Source: Vitrella brassicaformis CCMP3155 (taxonomy: Eukaryota; Protista; Chromerida). From it: a stretch of DNA of 64,000 bases. Below are positions 50,927-64,000 of the stretch, one piece after another. The translations under genes and the position numbers were made by a program. Numbering within the stretch: position 1 is the stretch's first letter; each line of letters begins with the position of its first letter. Below the pieces are notes generated by a model. That model saw nothing but the letters and a program-made list of their open reading frames with translations, did not search any database and was not told where the DNA came from. The stretch is from contig CDMY01000476.1 of the NCBI GenBank assembly GCA_001179505.1, positions 1 through 64,000 on the forward strand, given 5' to 3'.

Positions 50927-53869
50927 ATGACCTTCTCGTCCCCTCTCTCGTCGTGCGCCTCGGCGCTCCAGCGGGCGATGAAGAGGGTCCACCCCGGCCA
51001 GCTGAAGGACTTCATCCTCCTGATGCGGGATATCTACGGTGCGCCCTTCGTCACGCTGCTCACAAGTGTTTTCCTGGCGGTCAAGGGCATACTGTGGAGC
51101 TTCATCTGGCTCGGGCAGCTGCCGTAAGCAACCACCCTGGATCAGACATGTGTGTCTATCTGGCCGGCTGGTGGCTCGCTGGCTTTGGGTGGGTCGGATT
51201 GTTCTGATTGGCGCGGTCAGGTACTACAAGGAGATCGGCATCGATGGGTCGAGCTACCAGACACTGTTCTTCGTCGCCTTGATGCCATGGGCGATGAAGG
51301 GTACGTAGAATGAGGGAGGGGGGACAGGAGTTCAGACACCTTGCTTGTATCGTGGTGGTGTTGGTCTCTGGATCGATCAAAGGGTTGTTTGGAGTGATGA
51401 GCGACGTGCAGCCGTTGTTCGGGTATCACAAACGGCCCTATCTGGTGATCGGCGCCATCTCAGCCACTGCCGCAGCCCTCCTGCTGGCGGTCCTGCCGAG
51501 AGATGGTGAGACACACCATGCGTGGATGGGAAGGGGGTTTCTCCAGCCGCACTGGACTGACTGTTCTTCGTTCAGTTGCTCGCGCCACGCCTCAGATCGG
51601 CGCACTTGGGTTCTTCTTCGTGAGCGTCGGAGTGGCCATCATTGACCTCCTCGTCGAAGGTAAGGCAACCAAAACGACATGACCGCGTTGATGCTGCCAA
51701 CCAACCCACCCACCCACCTTGGTTGTGTGTCTCAGCCAAGTATGCGGAGATCATGCGGCAGAAGCACCTGGCTGCACTGGCCGGCGGGACGCCCCAGCTG
51801 GCGGTTAAGGACCGCACCGACGGCCCCGTCCCCTCAGAGATAGAAACCGTCACTGCCACGCCACAAAGGTTTGACAACAAAAGGTGGGGATGGCGACCGC
51901 ATCTCCATGTCTCTGTTGGTGTGTGTATGTGCAGTGTGGAGGGATCAACGGCAGTTGAGGTGGCAGACAGTGAGGGCGACAGCACGGACAAAGACCCGGC
52001 GAGCAAGGTCGTCACCTATGTGTGGATGTGCACCATCGTGGGCTGGTTCCTGGCGTCCTGCATGATCGGCCCCATCGCGGACAACTTCAGCGTGCAGCTG
52101 GTCTTCTGCGTGGGGCCCTTCCTCGCCGCCCAGGTGCTCATTCCGATTCTCAAGGGGTACCTGCCCGAGACACGGCTCCCACCAGGGGAGGCCAACAAGT
52201 TCCAGCGAGACAAGTTCCAGAAGGGCAAGGCGGTCTTTGGCCTCGCCTTCGCTACGGCCGTTGTCGCACTGGCACTGGCTCTTGCCGGTGAGGGGAGGGC
52301 ATTGTCGCGGCGGCGGGCATTGAGTGGAGTGATGTCGTGTTTTTGCAGGGCTGGTGGGTCCGCCTGAGACCAAATTGGCGGTTGCGGTGGGGGGCTCCTT
52401 GATCCTGCTGCCTCTGGCGTTTCGAGTGCTGCCCTGGAGACTGGCGTGTGTTAACGTGTACCTCTTCGTCTCAGGTGGGTACATAACATATCAGCTGATT
52501 TGATTGTCGGTGGCGGGACGGGCGAATTGACTGATATATACCTTCGCGCACCGCACCTGCTGTCCATGCGATGCGATGCGTGTGTCTGCAGAGGCGCTGT
52601 ATGTGTCTCTGCAAGGCGCGACTGACTACTGGTACACAGCGGGGCCTGAGTGCGTGCCGGGGGGACCTCATTTCACGTGGGTATCACTACTAGTGATTGT
52701 TGGCTGCGGGCGAATTGGCTATCCCTTTGGCGTATGTGTTTGTTAACACAGCTACACCTACTATCAGTCCTTCGCGCACATTGGTGAGCTAGCTACCTAT
52801 AGCCCGCAAAACACCTCATTGATTGGGATTGGGATGCGGCCCTTCCCTCCCCTGACTGACATGCAGTGTCAACATTTGGGTGCATGTTGGGTCTGTTTTT
52901 CTTCCACTCCTTCATCCGCAACTGGCGCATGCGGAAGGCCTTCTGGGCGACGACCATCATCAAGACGGCCGCGTGCAGCCTCGACATCTTCATTTTGCTC
53001 CGGTGGAACGTCCGCGTGGGCATCCCCGACAAGGTGGCCTTCATCTTCGGCGACGCCATGCTGCCGTCCATCGTGTGGCTGATGGAGTACATGCCCGGCC
53101 AGCTGCTCGTCTCGAAACTCGCACCGCCCGACATGTAAGTGCGGTGTGGAGGGAGAGATATGGAGGGAGGGGGGGAGCGAGGGCACTGGTTTGTGTACCC
53201 GTGTGAATGTGTGTGTCGGCAGGGAGAGCACCACTTTTGCCATTTTGGAAGGCTTCCGTATGTTCGGGTCAACGGTCAGCCGCGCCGTGGGTGTCTACGT
53301 GATCAACCAGGCCGGCATCAAGACCACGGTAACTTACTTAACCCAACCAAACCATATATCCAAACACAACACCGCATGAAGCGGGCGGGAATTCGACACT
53401 TTGATGTGTCCTTCCTCGTCCGTCTTGTGTCTGTCTGCAGCCGCCCGGTTGCGACTTCAGCGCCTTGCCTTTGCTGGTGGTCATCTGCCATATGGCGCTG
53501 CCTCTCATCGCCATCCCCCTCACATTCGTCCTCATCCCCAACAAGTACTTCCACGACCCTCTCGTCGACGTCGCCAAACCCCCGCCCGCCGCCGATGAGA
53601 CGCAGGAGTCGTCATCCGGCAAGATCGAGATGGCGGCGGGGACAGACGCGACGACCCATGACAAGGGCGATGCCGAGGTGAAGGAGTACGCGAGAGCTGA
53701 CTCCGTGCTGACCATCAGTACGACGCACACGCGCCAGGTGGCGTGTGGCGGGGGAGAGGAGGAAGGGGAGAGGGACAGGGAGGGGGAGAGCTGTGTTGAC
53801 GTCGACATATCGTCTTCGGCGGAATCGTCATCGCATGCCCCCACCTCCACACCCACACCGGCGGGCTAG
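50927..53869 (+). CDS. BT1 folate/biopterin transporter (MFS)
   Basis: PWAMKGLFGVMSD..PLFGYHKRPYL, DLLVEAKYAE, YLPE, ATDYWYTA..ECVPGGPHF, CSLDIFILLRWNVRVGIPDK.F.FGD, MPG..L.SKLAP..ESTTFAIL.GF. Confidence 0.92.
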
Positions 53870-54767
53870 ACTACACCACACCACACAGACGGCCGCCCGA
53901 AACTCATCTGGGAGGGGAGGGAAGTGGGGGAACGGCTGGGGGGCTTGTGGGGTGTCATGTCGATATGATACGGGACCGGATTGAGGGTCACATGTTTGTA
54001 GTGACGTGATTGCCGCCCGTTACATTGATGAGCGCTGTTGATGTGGTGTGGCAGGGCAGGCAGTGTCTCGAAGAGACGCCAGTGAACGGATGGATGCGTG
54101 CAATGACATGACATGATGATGTGACCATGGCCAGGTCATGATGTGTTTCCTTCCTGTCAGTCGGAGCAAGCACAGCGGCGACGCGCTTGACACTGCTTTT
54201 TTGCCGTCAGGTGGATGGATGGATGGATGGCAGAGAGATTTATGCGTTGTCTATGTGTGTGTGTGTGTGTGGATAGATAGCGTAGCATCCTGTCGATGTC
54301 GTCCGTACGCAGAGAGAGAGACAGACAGAGGGAGAGAGAGGGATGTGTCGATCTTCCTCCATTCACACAGAGTGTTGTGCGCATGACGGCGCAACGCTCT
54401 CATTTCATAGCTGTACATCCCATCCATCTGCGATGGCTGTGTGTATCCCGTCCGTTCTAGTGAGCACATTTGAAGTGAAGGAAGCATAGCATCTGGTGGA
54501 GTGGAAGGGCATTCAGCTGCTCAGAATGTCCGGCTGAGCTGACGACGACAGTCTTGTCTGCCTGCCTGTACACCACATACACAAAAGGGAAACATGAGTA
54601 GCCAACCCATCTGTCCATCGCATCGACCAAGCCAACATGCGTCGGTGCGACACACCGGGCGATACACATACGCACATAGCACTAAATCGGCATGCCCCTC
54701 TCTCCCTCCACCCCTCCATCCATTTATCCAGCCGCCCACACTCAGCCACACGCATATCGACCTGCCT

Positions 54768-57574
54768 TCAGCTCCCCTGTGAGCCCCACTCCTCCCCACT
54801 CTCATTATCTTCATCTTCTTCAACATACGCCTCGTAGTTCTGATGCCACTCATCGTGGGAGTCCATGTCCCCATCCTCCTTGGTCATCTTGTCCAGCTCC
54901 CCCCTGGTAATGAATCTCGGCAGCCGCTTCTGCCCGCTCATGCGGATGCGGCGCAGGGCCTTGGTAGGCCGGGACGACACCTCCCACCGGTAGTTCTCCG
55001 CCTGGGTCCGCCGCACCGCCTCCTCGCTGTTGCGTATCGTCAGGCTGCGATCCATCCCGCCATCACGGCCCTTACGCGGATCTGCAGACACGAACAGACA
55101 CACGGGGCGGGAGGAGTGGGCATCATGTGTATGTGTGTTTGGACTGACCGAAAATGGCTTTGGTGACGCCGTCGCCGCCCAGTATCCTGAGCGGCATGAG
55201 CCCCCTGTGCCGCAAAGCCACCTCGAGCAGGATGAGCACGTAGGCGTCGAGGGCGGCGTAGTGCCGCTGAGTGTCCGAGAGGGGCCTGAAGTTCCAGTTG
55301 GACAGCTGCGGGGCCTTGTCCAGGTGGCCACCCAGGAAGTCGACACACATCTCGCTCAGCGTCCCCAGCTCCACCAGCCTCTCGTGTTCGGCCTCGTGGT
55401 CCTTCAGCCTCCCCTCTCTCTCCCTCTCCATCACACGGCTCCCGCGAATGCTCCTCGGGTAATGCCGCCGCAGGTACCACTCGTCGCGCACGGATCTGGG
55501 CACTTTCATGTCGGCAGAGGGGCCGCCGATGGTGCCCTTGACGCGGATCTGCTGCTGCGCGTCGTGCAGCGACTGCTGGTGCAGGTCTGTGGCTCGCTGG
55601 AGGAGGGAGAAGTCGTGCGTCTCGAGGGCCTGTGTCAGGAGGTCTTGCACGTCGTGGATGGGCTCGGGCTCCTCTGGAAAGCTCACGCGAAATGTCTCTC
55701 TCCGGGGATCCCTGAAGCACCCACAGCACCCACAAGAGGCAACAGACAAAGCAATACACAAGAGGTGAGCGCCACCCTGTGGATGGATGGTACCATCACA
55801 CTGACTGACTGACTTGAGGTCGACAAAGTTGGTGAGAGTGTTTAGGAGGCCGACGTCTTCCATGGCCACACACAGCCGCTGGTAGTCGATTTGGAACTGG
55901 TACCCCACCTTGAGGATGTGCGGGTTGGTGAGCGTCCACCGCAGCAGCTGAAACTCCATCGACCGGTACAGCTCCGACCGGTTGTTGAGGTCCAGCAGGA
56001 ACACCTCGCTCGGCGTGGCCAGCTGCACCAGCGAAGCCCACTGCGGCGGGCTCCACTCGACGTCCAGCCCCACCATGTCCACCTGCCCCTCCTTCATGAA
56101 CCGAAACACCGCACTCAGCTCGCTCGGCGTGTCGATGAAGTGCACCTTCTCGTCGGGCAAAGGCAGCTCCAGCGGACCCACCCCACCACCAGCCGCTACC
56201 CCGCCGCTTTTCATTGCTCGCCGTCTGGCCGCCCGCACCCCCTGCGCACCGGCGTGCCAGTGGATGACTTTTGATTGCGGGTCGAAGTCCTTGGCGGCCC
56301 GGAAGCGGGCGCTCAGCTGGCGGCTCTCGCCGGGGGGCGCCAGCCACGACGCCACCACTGCATTCTCGGTGGTGTCCTCGTCTGTCCTTCTCGTGCCGCG
56401 CAGTGGCTGCCTTTTCCGCTGGAAGTGTAGGAAGCGAAGAAGGGCCCTCTCGGCGTGGCCGAAGCGGGTCACACGACGGATCGAGTCGGTCACGAACGCG
56501 TCTTGCTCCTCTCTGGGCCTTTCAGCACTCTGCCCCTCGCTCTCTCCTGTCGCTTGGTCTGTCGCCGTGGCGCCCTCCTGGCTCGCCTGTTGGTCTCCCG
56601 CGATGCGCGGCATGGCTGTTTCATCCCCTTCTGGCGGCAGTGAGGGTCTCGCAGCGGGGTCGAATAGCCACCGGTAGTCCTCCTTCAGCAGCATGGTGAG
56701 CACCGAGTCTGCGGGGATGAGATGTGGCTCTGCCAGGGCCTTCTCGATGTGCAGTGCGTGGGCGAAGCTCCAGGCGTCCCGCAGCAGGCCCGTGTGTTGG
56801 CTCCTGGCCTTGAGGCGCTGCAAGGCGTCGATGAGTAGGGGGAAGGACCGCAGGTTGGCCAGGAAGTAGAGCAGGGCGTGGAGCGAGTGGCGGCGGATGG
56901 TGAGGTCCAGCAGCTTCCCGAGCGTCCATGGGCTGCCGCCGATGCCCTCGTCCAGACTCTCCATGTCCACACCAACACACCAACACACACACACACACAC
57001 GAGAAATGCACATGTGTTGGTCAGTGTGACTCTGACTCTGATTCTGACCCACTTACTTTGATGGGATGGAACAGGAACGCCAGCTGCAGGGCCTCATAGA
57101 TGCGCGGGGGCTGTATCCCCCTCCCAAGCCGCCGCGGGCTGGTGAGGAAGGTCAGCAGGAGGTCGATGTTGCTCGCCTGCAGGAGGCCGCCCTTGACGGG
57201 CTCCCGCAAGTGCAGGTCGTCCAGCAGCCTCAAGAAAGCCCCGGGGCCCACCACATCCAGCAGCCGATTGATGTCGATGCGCTGGAAAGAGTCAGGATTC
57301 AGCGAAATGAACCTGCAAGCGTTCGTTCATCAGACTGATAAAGGCCACGCCCTGTTCCGTCGCTTGCTGTCTGCCATCCATCTGACCTGGCGAAGCTCTC
57401 GAGGACGGTGCGTTTGAGTCTGGCTCTGCGGCCCGTGCGTATGGTTGGCGAGATGCGGTGGAAGATGGCGGGGTTGAGGATCCCGAAGACCAGCTCGGCG
57501 CCCGGCTGCACGTGGTGCTTCTCAAACAGCAGACTGCACGAAGTGTACACGTCAGACTGAAACGCCTCTATTCT

Positions 57575-57607
<33 letters not shown>

Positions 57608-58247
57608 GAAAGCACCACACCAGCAAATAAATCCCATCGCACCTCTGCTTGGTCTCTTCGGCGTCCTCCGTGCCCTCGAGCGCATCAAGCGCCTGGAATA
57701 TGAGGTTTGCGGCGATCTCCTCTGTCCGCCCCTGGGCACACAGCCTCGGGAGCAGCTCGTAGAGCTTGGCGCCATGGTGGATGGTGAAGCGCTCTCTGGC
57801 TGGGGTGGCGGGGCGGACGTGTTTGGTCATCTCCACGTTCCGACGCAGTGCAGGGGGCAGGTCGACGGGAAACAGGGGCTTGTGCCGGCCTGCGGTGGGC
57901 GGCTGTTGATGATGCTGCTGACTGTGGTGCTGGCCAGGGCGGAGAGAGGCCGTCAGGCGAACGATGCTGCGACGCATTGCGGTTGCGACCCATCGAAAAG
58001 ATGATCTGTGCAGCAGATCTTGATCCTGGTTGTATCGAAGCCCATCCAAGACAACAGACCAGCGGGAAGAAGTCGCCGACTTTTGCGAGCTTGAAAGTGG
58101 CGAGCTAAGCGTGAAGCCTCCCCCTTCGCGAAGGGTTCCCCGAGCCGCCCGACACACCCCAGCAGCGCCATCGACATCTTTTTGTTTGAGGATTGAAGCC
58201 ACCCCAGCATCTTCCCTGTTCGCCTCGGCTGATGCAGGTAGGTACAT
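54768..58247 (-). CDS. DEDDy 3'-5' exonuclease of the WRN-exo/EXD3 (Mut-7/Nibbler) type
   Basis: ExoI VGLDVEW, LVQLAT..EVFLLD, ExoII KVGYQFQID, LSEMCVDFLG..LDK..QLSNWNFRPLS..Q, ExoIII YAALDAY. Long N-terminal region; start approximate. Confidence 0.88.
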
Positions 58248-58376
58248 GCAGGTGCACCGATGAGAGGCGGAGAGTATGCAGCACCATTTGTGTTTGGTTT
58301 GGTTTGGTGTCATGCAGGCAACATCGATTCCATCCATCTTGACCCCTTCAAGCCGACGACTGTCCAGCGATGGTCA

Positions 58377-59895
58377 ATGAATGGCCCTCCTGCCCCGTCC
58401 ACACCCACCGCTGTGACATCCAAGCAAGAAGGAGGAGGCGGCGGTCAGGTTGGTCAACCTGACCCGATGTGGGCATACAGCTCCTCACATCCATCTGACG
58501 AGGCAGCTGGTGTCGAGGTCTCCCACCACCAGCCTGCGGTGCATCATGCTGACGTGGTAGTCAACGCTCCTTGGGTGTCAGCGAGGGTGGCGCTTACGCG
58601 GCTGCCCGAGAAGAGCATCTCGTTCATCTCGGGATGGGTGGCGGGGCTCTCCGGCATCGTCGTGGCACATCCATTCGGTCAGGAACACAGGCAAAGGCAC
58701 ACCCATCCAATAAATTGTGCACAGCACAGATGCCTTTGTGCTGTGGTGCTGTGGTGCTGTGTGTGCGTCGATTTCCACCATGCAGACACGCTGAAGACCC
58801 GGCTTCAGATCGGCCGCACATCGTCGCACCACCACTTCAGGCTCTCCTCTCTGACCCCTCGGTACATCACCACCCTCTACGCCGGTGTCGGGCCCCCTCT
58901 ACTGGTGGCGGGCATCCTGCAGTCCTGCCTCTTCGGGTCGTTCAACCACTTCAAGGGCTACTTCCAGGGGCTGGCCGAGCCGCATGTGGCCCAGGCGAGG
59001 GCGTTGGGGAGCACTTATGGGTATGTCAAGGTGGCTGTGCTGAGCGGGCTGTCGGTGTTTGTGTCCGGTTCGTGTGCGGGGCTGTGCACGAGCGTCATAA
59101 CGTGTCCCAGCGGGATGGTCAAGGTGCAGCAGCAGTGCTCGCCGGACCTGACGATGCTGCAGGTCATCAAGGCACTCATTCGCAAGGGCGGGCTGCCACT
59201 TATTTTTAGAGGTACGTACGTACGAGGTGTTCACACACCATCCCATCCATGCCACCTCACTCACAAATGGCCGGCTGGCTTTGCAAGCTTGTTTGTCTGA
59301 CATCTGCTTGGGCTTGTTTGTATCAATCCAATCAGGTTACTCGGCCCACATCTTTATGGAGATCTTTGGGCGCGGCACCTACTTCACCGTATACGACGTC
59401 GTCAAGCGGGAACTTCACCAAACCACCCAGTCCCCCTCCCCTGCGCCCTCCCCTACTCCCTCTACCCCCCCTCCCTCCCCTCCCCCCTCCATGCCCTACT
59501 ACAAGCGTGCCGCAGCGGGCATGTGCGCCGGCATCGCCGGATGGCTCGTCGTCTTCCCCTTCGATGTCCTCAAGTCACGACTGCAGGCACAGCCGCTCTT
59601 CGAGGGCGCGGCGAGGATCCCATCAGGCCCCCAGACCCACCTCTCGGACCCCTATGCCTTTGACACGAGTGGCAGGCGGACGACGGAGCGGGCCACCGGC
59701 CACAGGGGGTGGGCGGCGCCCAAGAAGTACGAAGGGTTTTGGCACTGTGCGCGGGAGACGTGGAAGGAGGGCGGGGTGCGGGCGTTCTACCGTGGGCTGG
59801 GGTTCACGCTTGCAAGGGCGGCGCCGGTGGCGTGTGTGGTGCTGCCTGTTTATGACGTGACGCACGAGACGCTGCTGAGATGGAGGAATGGGTGA
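58377..59895 (+). CDS. Mitochondrial carrier (SLC25), carnitine/basic-amino-acid carrier-like
   Basis: Three repeats: HPFDTLKTRLQ, CPSGMVKVQQQ, FPFDVLKSRLQ. Also YEGFWHCARETWKEGGVRAFYRGLG..L.RA.P. Confidence 0.9.
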
Positions 59896-61395
59896 GTAGC
59901 TGAGGGGACATCGATGACAGGAAGAGACGATTGACGGACGACTGGCTGACTGTCAATGAGCAAAGATGGATGAGCGAGTATGTCGCCCAGCCACCGAGAT
60001 GTCCAGATCTAGAGTCCTATGTATGTCCGAGTATGGATGGTATGCCCTCACTGATGTCTGTCTGTCTGCCTCATGCCATGCCCGTTCTGTCTGTCCTCGG
60101 TCGAGAGAGCAGGCAGGCACTGCGGCAGCGAACCCCGCCCTCCTTGCTTGATACCCCCTACAATGGGGGGATTACACCGACATACAACCATCAAGTGCCC
60201 TTCACACACAGACAGCCAGCGGTCGCTCACTCACCGCTGTCTGTGCCCGTCGCTCCCTCACAGACCAATGAGTGGTGTAGTGCCTGCCACCCATTCATTG
60301 TCACCCCCTTGCCCCTCTACACACACACACACACACACACACACGTGCACACTACATTCAGCACATCACACCACATCATACGACACCACAGCCATTCACT
60401 CACCGATGTCAAGTCACAAAATACTGACACCACGCGACGCGCTGGGGGGGATCCCTCTCTATCGCCTCTTGATATATCACGGACGGACGGAAAAACACAG
60501 CCACACACACTCATACACTCTGTAAGTAAGTCACACGTGGTGCGTGATGCCGCAGACATGACAGGCAGGCAGGCAGGCACAGGAGCCGAGCCACCAGGCG
60601 GTCAAAACGTCGCCCGGGATCCGACCGACATGCAGCAGCACCGGCACCAGCAGCCGGAAGCACAAACATTCACCACTACTGTACACCACAAACACTCACA
60701 GAGACAGACAGACGGGCACACGAGGAGAGAGACAAAGGGGCGGGGGAAAAACCGACCGACAGACCGACCGACCGACCGACCGACCGACGCTTCCCATTCC
60801 ATCAACGAACGAACGACACGAGATCGGCAGACACACATACCCGCGGACCAGACAGGCAGGCAGACAGACATGAAGGCAGGAATGGAAGGAAGGCTGTAAA
60901 AGCTCGAATCGCACGCAACAATCATTCGCTCCGATACGAATTCGACACGCACACAGGCAGGCAGGCAGGCAAAGGCAAGGGAAACAGAAAAGCTCCTCTA
61001 TGCGATGTGATGCGATAAGTAAAGTCAAACACGCATTGAATGCATTGTGCTCATGTTGGGTTGGGGGGGACGGGCAATGCCATGGGGATAAACCGACAGA
61101 CAGAGAGAGAGACAGGCAGGCAGGGAGGCCAGAACGTGCCCTTATTGCGAGGCGGCTGACCGATCCGATCGTGCCGCCCAATGAATGTCAGTCACGCGTG
61201 TGGCAAAAAGACCGACCGACCGACCGACACAAACCAACCGACCGACCGACCGACATCGACTGGACGAAAATCAAAGATGGCAAAGCAAGAAGCAGTTAGT
61301 TAGCTGTAGATACGCGCAAACATGCACAACATACACACAACACACGAGTGCGCCCTCGCCGTCGATGGGCGGGGCGGGCCCATCAATGCATCACT

Positions 61396-62197
61396 TCACT
61401 TGGGGAGCATGTCGGCACTCGAGATCTGACACAGAGAGAGAGACAGACACATTACGCACGAAATCGCAACAGCACTCACGGCCCCCTGGCTGATTGAACA
61501 GGGCAGGGCGATCTCGCCGCCTTGACGCACCTCTTTTGATATGGCCCCATTGATGGCGCTGTCGGCCTTGTGGTACGTCTTGGCGTACTGGTCGTCAAAC
61601 TCCTTGGCGCGATTCAACCTACACAGGCGTTCGGGTCAATCCATCAATCTGCCCGCCAGTCGGTTCTGTCTGCTCGGTTGTTGTCCTCACTTGAATATGG
61701 TGGATGAGAGGAGGGCCGCCACAAAGCCGGCGAAGAAGTAGACGGGGAACCACTCCCCTCCACCATCAGCACCTGATTGATCAAGCGATAAGCAGGCAGA
61801 CATTGGCCTGTTGGGGTGTGTGTGTGTGTGTGTGTATGGTTGTCACCTTTGTTCATGACGTTGGTGGTGATGAATGCGACGGCGAGTGCGGGGTTGAGGC
61901 ACGCGCCGCTGACTGGTACCATCGTGCCCACCGACACGTAGATCTGGAAGCCAATCGCCAGGCCGAAATAATCGTTGGGGAAGTCACTGCCCCATAAACA
62001 AATGGATCGATGGATGACCATGCACATCATACGAACAGGCAGTCAGCACATCAGCAGACGACAGAGTCATGTCTGTCTTTGTGCGTGGTTTGTTTGGAGG
62101 CTTGGCTTACGTGTGTCCGAATGCCACGTGCAGGACGACCCAGTGAAAGAAGGCCGTCATGATCACCTCAATCTGCACACACAACACACAACACACA

Positions 62198-62234
<37 letters not shown>

Positions 62235-63101
62235 CAACAACCCAGACCAAATCCGGCAAGGACGCCATGCAGCACATGAGGTGGGTGGCCCCCTCCCTCC
62301 CTGCGTCTCCACTTAACCAGGAACGCCTCGCCGGCGCCGTAGACGGTTCCGTCAGGCCTCGTCCCTGGCGCGATGCCGATGGTCTCGCCGGTGATGCCCC
62401 AGGCCACCAGCGCACCGCAGAACGCACCCAGCATCTGGGAGCACCAGTAGGAAAACACCGACATGAAGGTGTGCAGGTCAGGACGGGCCAGCCACATCGC
62501 CTGCACACAGACAGACACATAGAGAGAGATGTGTGTCATCCACACGTATTTGATTTGAGAGTGATATGGCTGGCTATGTGTGTGTGTGTGTGTGGCTGGC
62601 TGACCAGGGATAGCCCGGGGTTGAAGTTGGATCCCGTGATGATGCCCATCGAGTAGATCATGGCGGCGCAGTAGAGTCCGACTTTGAGGGCTGTGTCGGT
62701 CTGCCCGTGGATGACGTTGATGCAGATCAAGAACGCCAGACCAAAAGTCACGCAGAACTCGCCCAGATAGGCTGCACACATACACGACCGACCGACACAT
62801 TTCCCCGTGGACCTTCGATCAACTGCTGTGTTTGCGGGGGTGCTGACTGACTGACTGACTGACCTCCAAAGTTGTAGTTTTGGTTGGCGAAGTTGTTCCT
62901 TTTGCCCAGTACCTGCAGCATCGCGTGGGTGCGTCCGCGGAGCAGACAGGCAGACAGACAGACAGGCAGCAGCACAGTGCTGATGCAGGCTGCATGCAGA
63001 GAATGGGATGTGCCTCTCATCTCGGTACCTACCTGCGCAACCTTCCTGAGGATGCCGTCGTAGGGCAGAGCGTCGTTGAACTTGATCGGGTTGAACACCA
63101 T
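61396..63101 (-). CDS. Aquaporin/MIP family channel with NPG and NPA-L motifs
   Basis: YLGEFCVTF, ITGSNFNPGLSL, YWCSQMLGAFCGA, EVIMTAFFHWVVL, GLAIGF, VSGACLNPALAV, WFPVYFFAGFVAA. Confidence 0.9.
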
Positions 63102-63442
63102 GATGATGTGAAGGACCAATGACTCACTGACTCGCTGACTGACAGCCCAAGAACCGAACCGCCTCAAAGGTCGATCAATGGATGCAACAATTGCTGTGCA
63201 AGCAGCGGTGCTCTGGCACTCTCTGGCGTCCTCTCTCCCTCCACCGTGGTTGCCTCTCGGCGAGCTTGCGGGGAGCGGTTCCCATGTTTACGAAGCTGAA
63301 GGAGGAGAGGCGATTGCCAGGCAGAGGAAAGACGCGCAGATCAGGTCCTTTCTCTTGTTGTCAGCCTTCCCTCCTGACCGCCTTGCTGCCGTCTAATCGA
63401 CCTCTCTCTCGCTCGAACCAACCACCACATACATCACTCAAG

Positions 63443-64000
63443 ATGCCGCCTCGGTGAGTGAGCAGAAAGACGAGCAGGGCTGCAGACACTGCACCCAAGG
63501 CTCGTGTGCGCGTGCTAAATGCTGCATGCATCTTGCATCATGCATGCCATTGAGCGCCCACTTTTCCTGTGTCGATGCAATGCAATGCAGCACTCCCATT
63601 CCCCTGATCACCGTGAATCCCGCCAAGAAGCCGTGGGAGCAGGAGAAGCCGCTGCACAACCGCTGGCACCCCGACATCCCCGCTGTGGCTGAGGTCAAGG
63701 AGGGCGACCTCTTCACCGTCGAAACCGTCGACTGGACCGGAGGGCAGATCAAAGACGATGACAATTCCGATGACGTCAAGTTTGTCGACCTCTCACAGGT
63801 CAGCCAGTCAGCCTCGCTCGTTCGTTCAGACACAGACACACATGGACGGGCAGATGTGTGGGTGTGGGTGTGGGTTCATGTCTGTCAGGTGCATTATCTG
63901 TCTGGTCCGATCAAGGTGACCGACAAGGACGGCGTGCCTGCCAAGCCCGGCGACATTCTGGTGGTGGAGTTGTCCAACCTCTACCCACTGGCGGGCGACG
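63443..64000 (+). CDS. fmdA: Formamidase/acetamidase (FmdA/AmdA), 3'-truncated by the window
   Basis: KPWEQEKPLHNRWHPDIPAVAEVKEGD.F.VET.DWTGGQIKDDD.SDDVK.VDLSQ|VHYLSGPI.V......PGD.LVVE. Confidence 0.92.

Noticed and set aside
59931-60899. 322-aa plus-strand ORF after the carrier gene
   Set aside because: It translates microsatellite-rich sequence (HTHTHT, PTDRPTDR), starts at a non-ATG codon, has no motif and no intron structure. It is most likely convergent 3' UTR.
60760-61260. Regular short repeats such as (ACCG)n, (GATG)n, (GATGC)n and (CA)n as CRISPR-like or telomeric arrays
   Set aside because: They are simple microsatellites with no unique spacers or constant-length units, and occur throughout introns and UTRs.

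Overview
Intron-rich, GC-rich eukaryotic DNA. Introns are short (mostly ~50-120 nt) and packed with (CA/TG)n, (GA/TC)n and (GATG)n microsatellites. The gene content (CDPK, a MORN1-like repeat block, TSP1/vWA adhesin, BT1 transporter, B9D2, hybrid histidine kinase) and intron style point to a chromerid alveolate such as Vitrella; this is an inference, not a database match. I can reconstruct about 24 spliced protein-coding genes. I saw no rRNA, tRNA, CRISPR array or transposase. The genes alternate strand almost perfectly as head-to-head pairs. Highlights: (1) a Tgs1-type RNA cap guanine-N2 methyltransferase spliced in frame to a decayed MORN1-like fragment, whose last 35 codons also recur inverted 10 kb away at the end of another small gene; (2) MAT1, cyclin H and a CDK with a Glu at the activation-loop Thr position, all within 30 kb; (3) an aquaporin lacking the ar/R Arg paired head-to-head with a formamidase; (4) a signal-peptide ferritin lacking key ferroxidase ligands; (5) a hybrid histidine kinase truncated by a 13-bp tandem duplication; (6) an unassigned protein with a YHHIIP...WMPGN..GP..R..DPG.DFD motif set. 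Exon boundaries were inferred by eye from GT/GC-AG sites and frame continuity, so gene ends are approximate.
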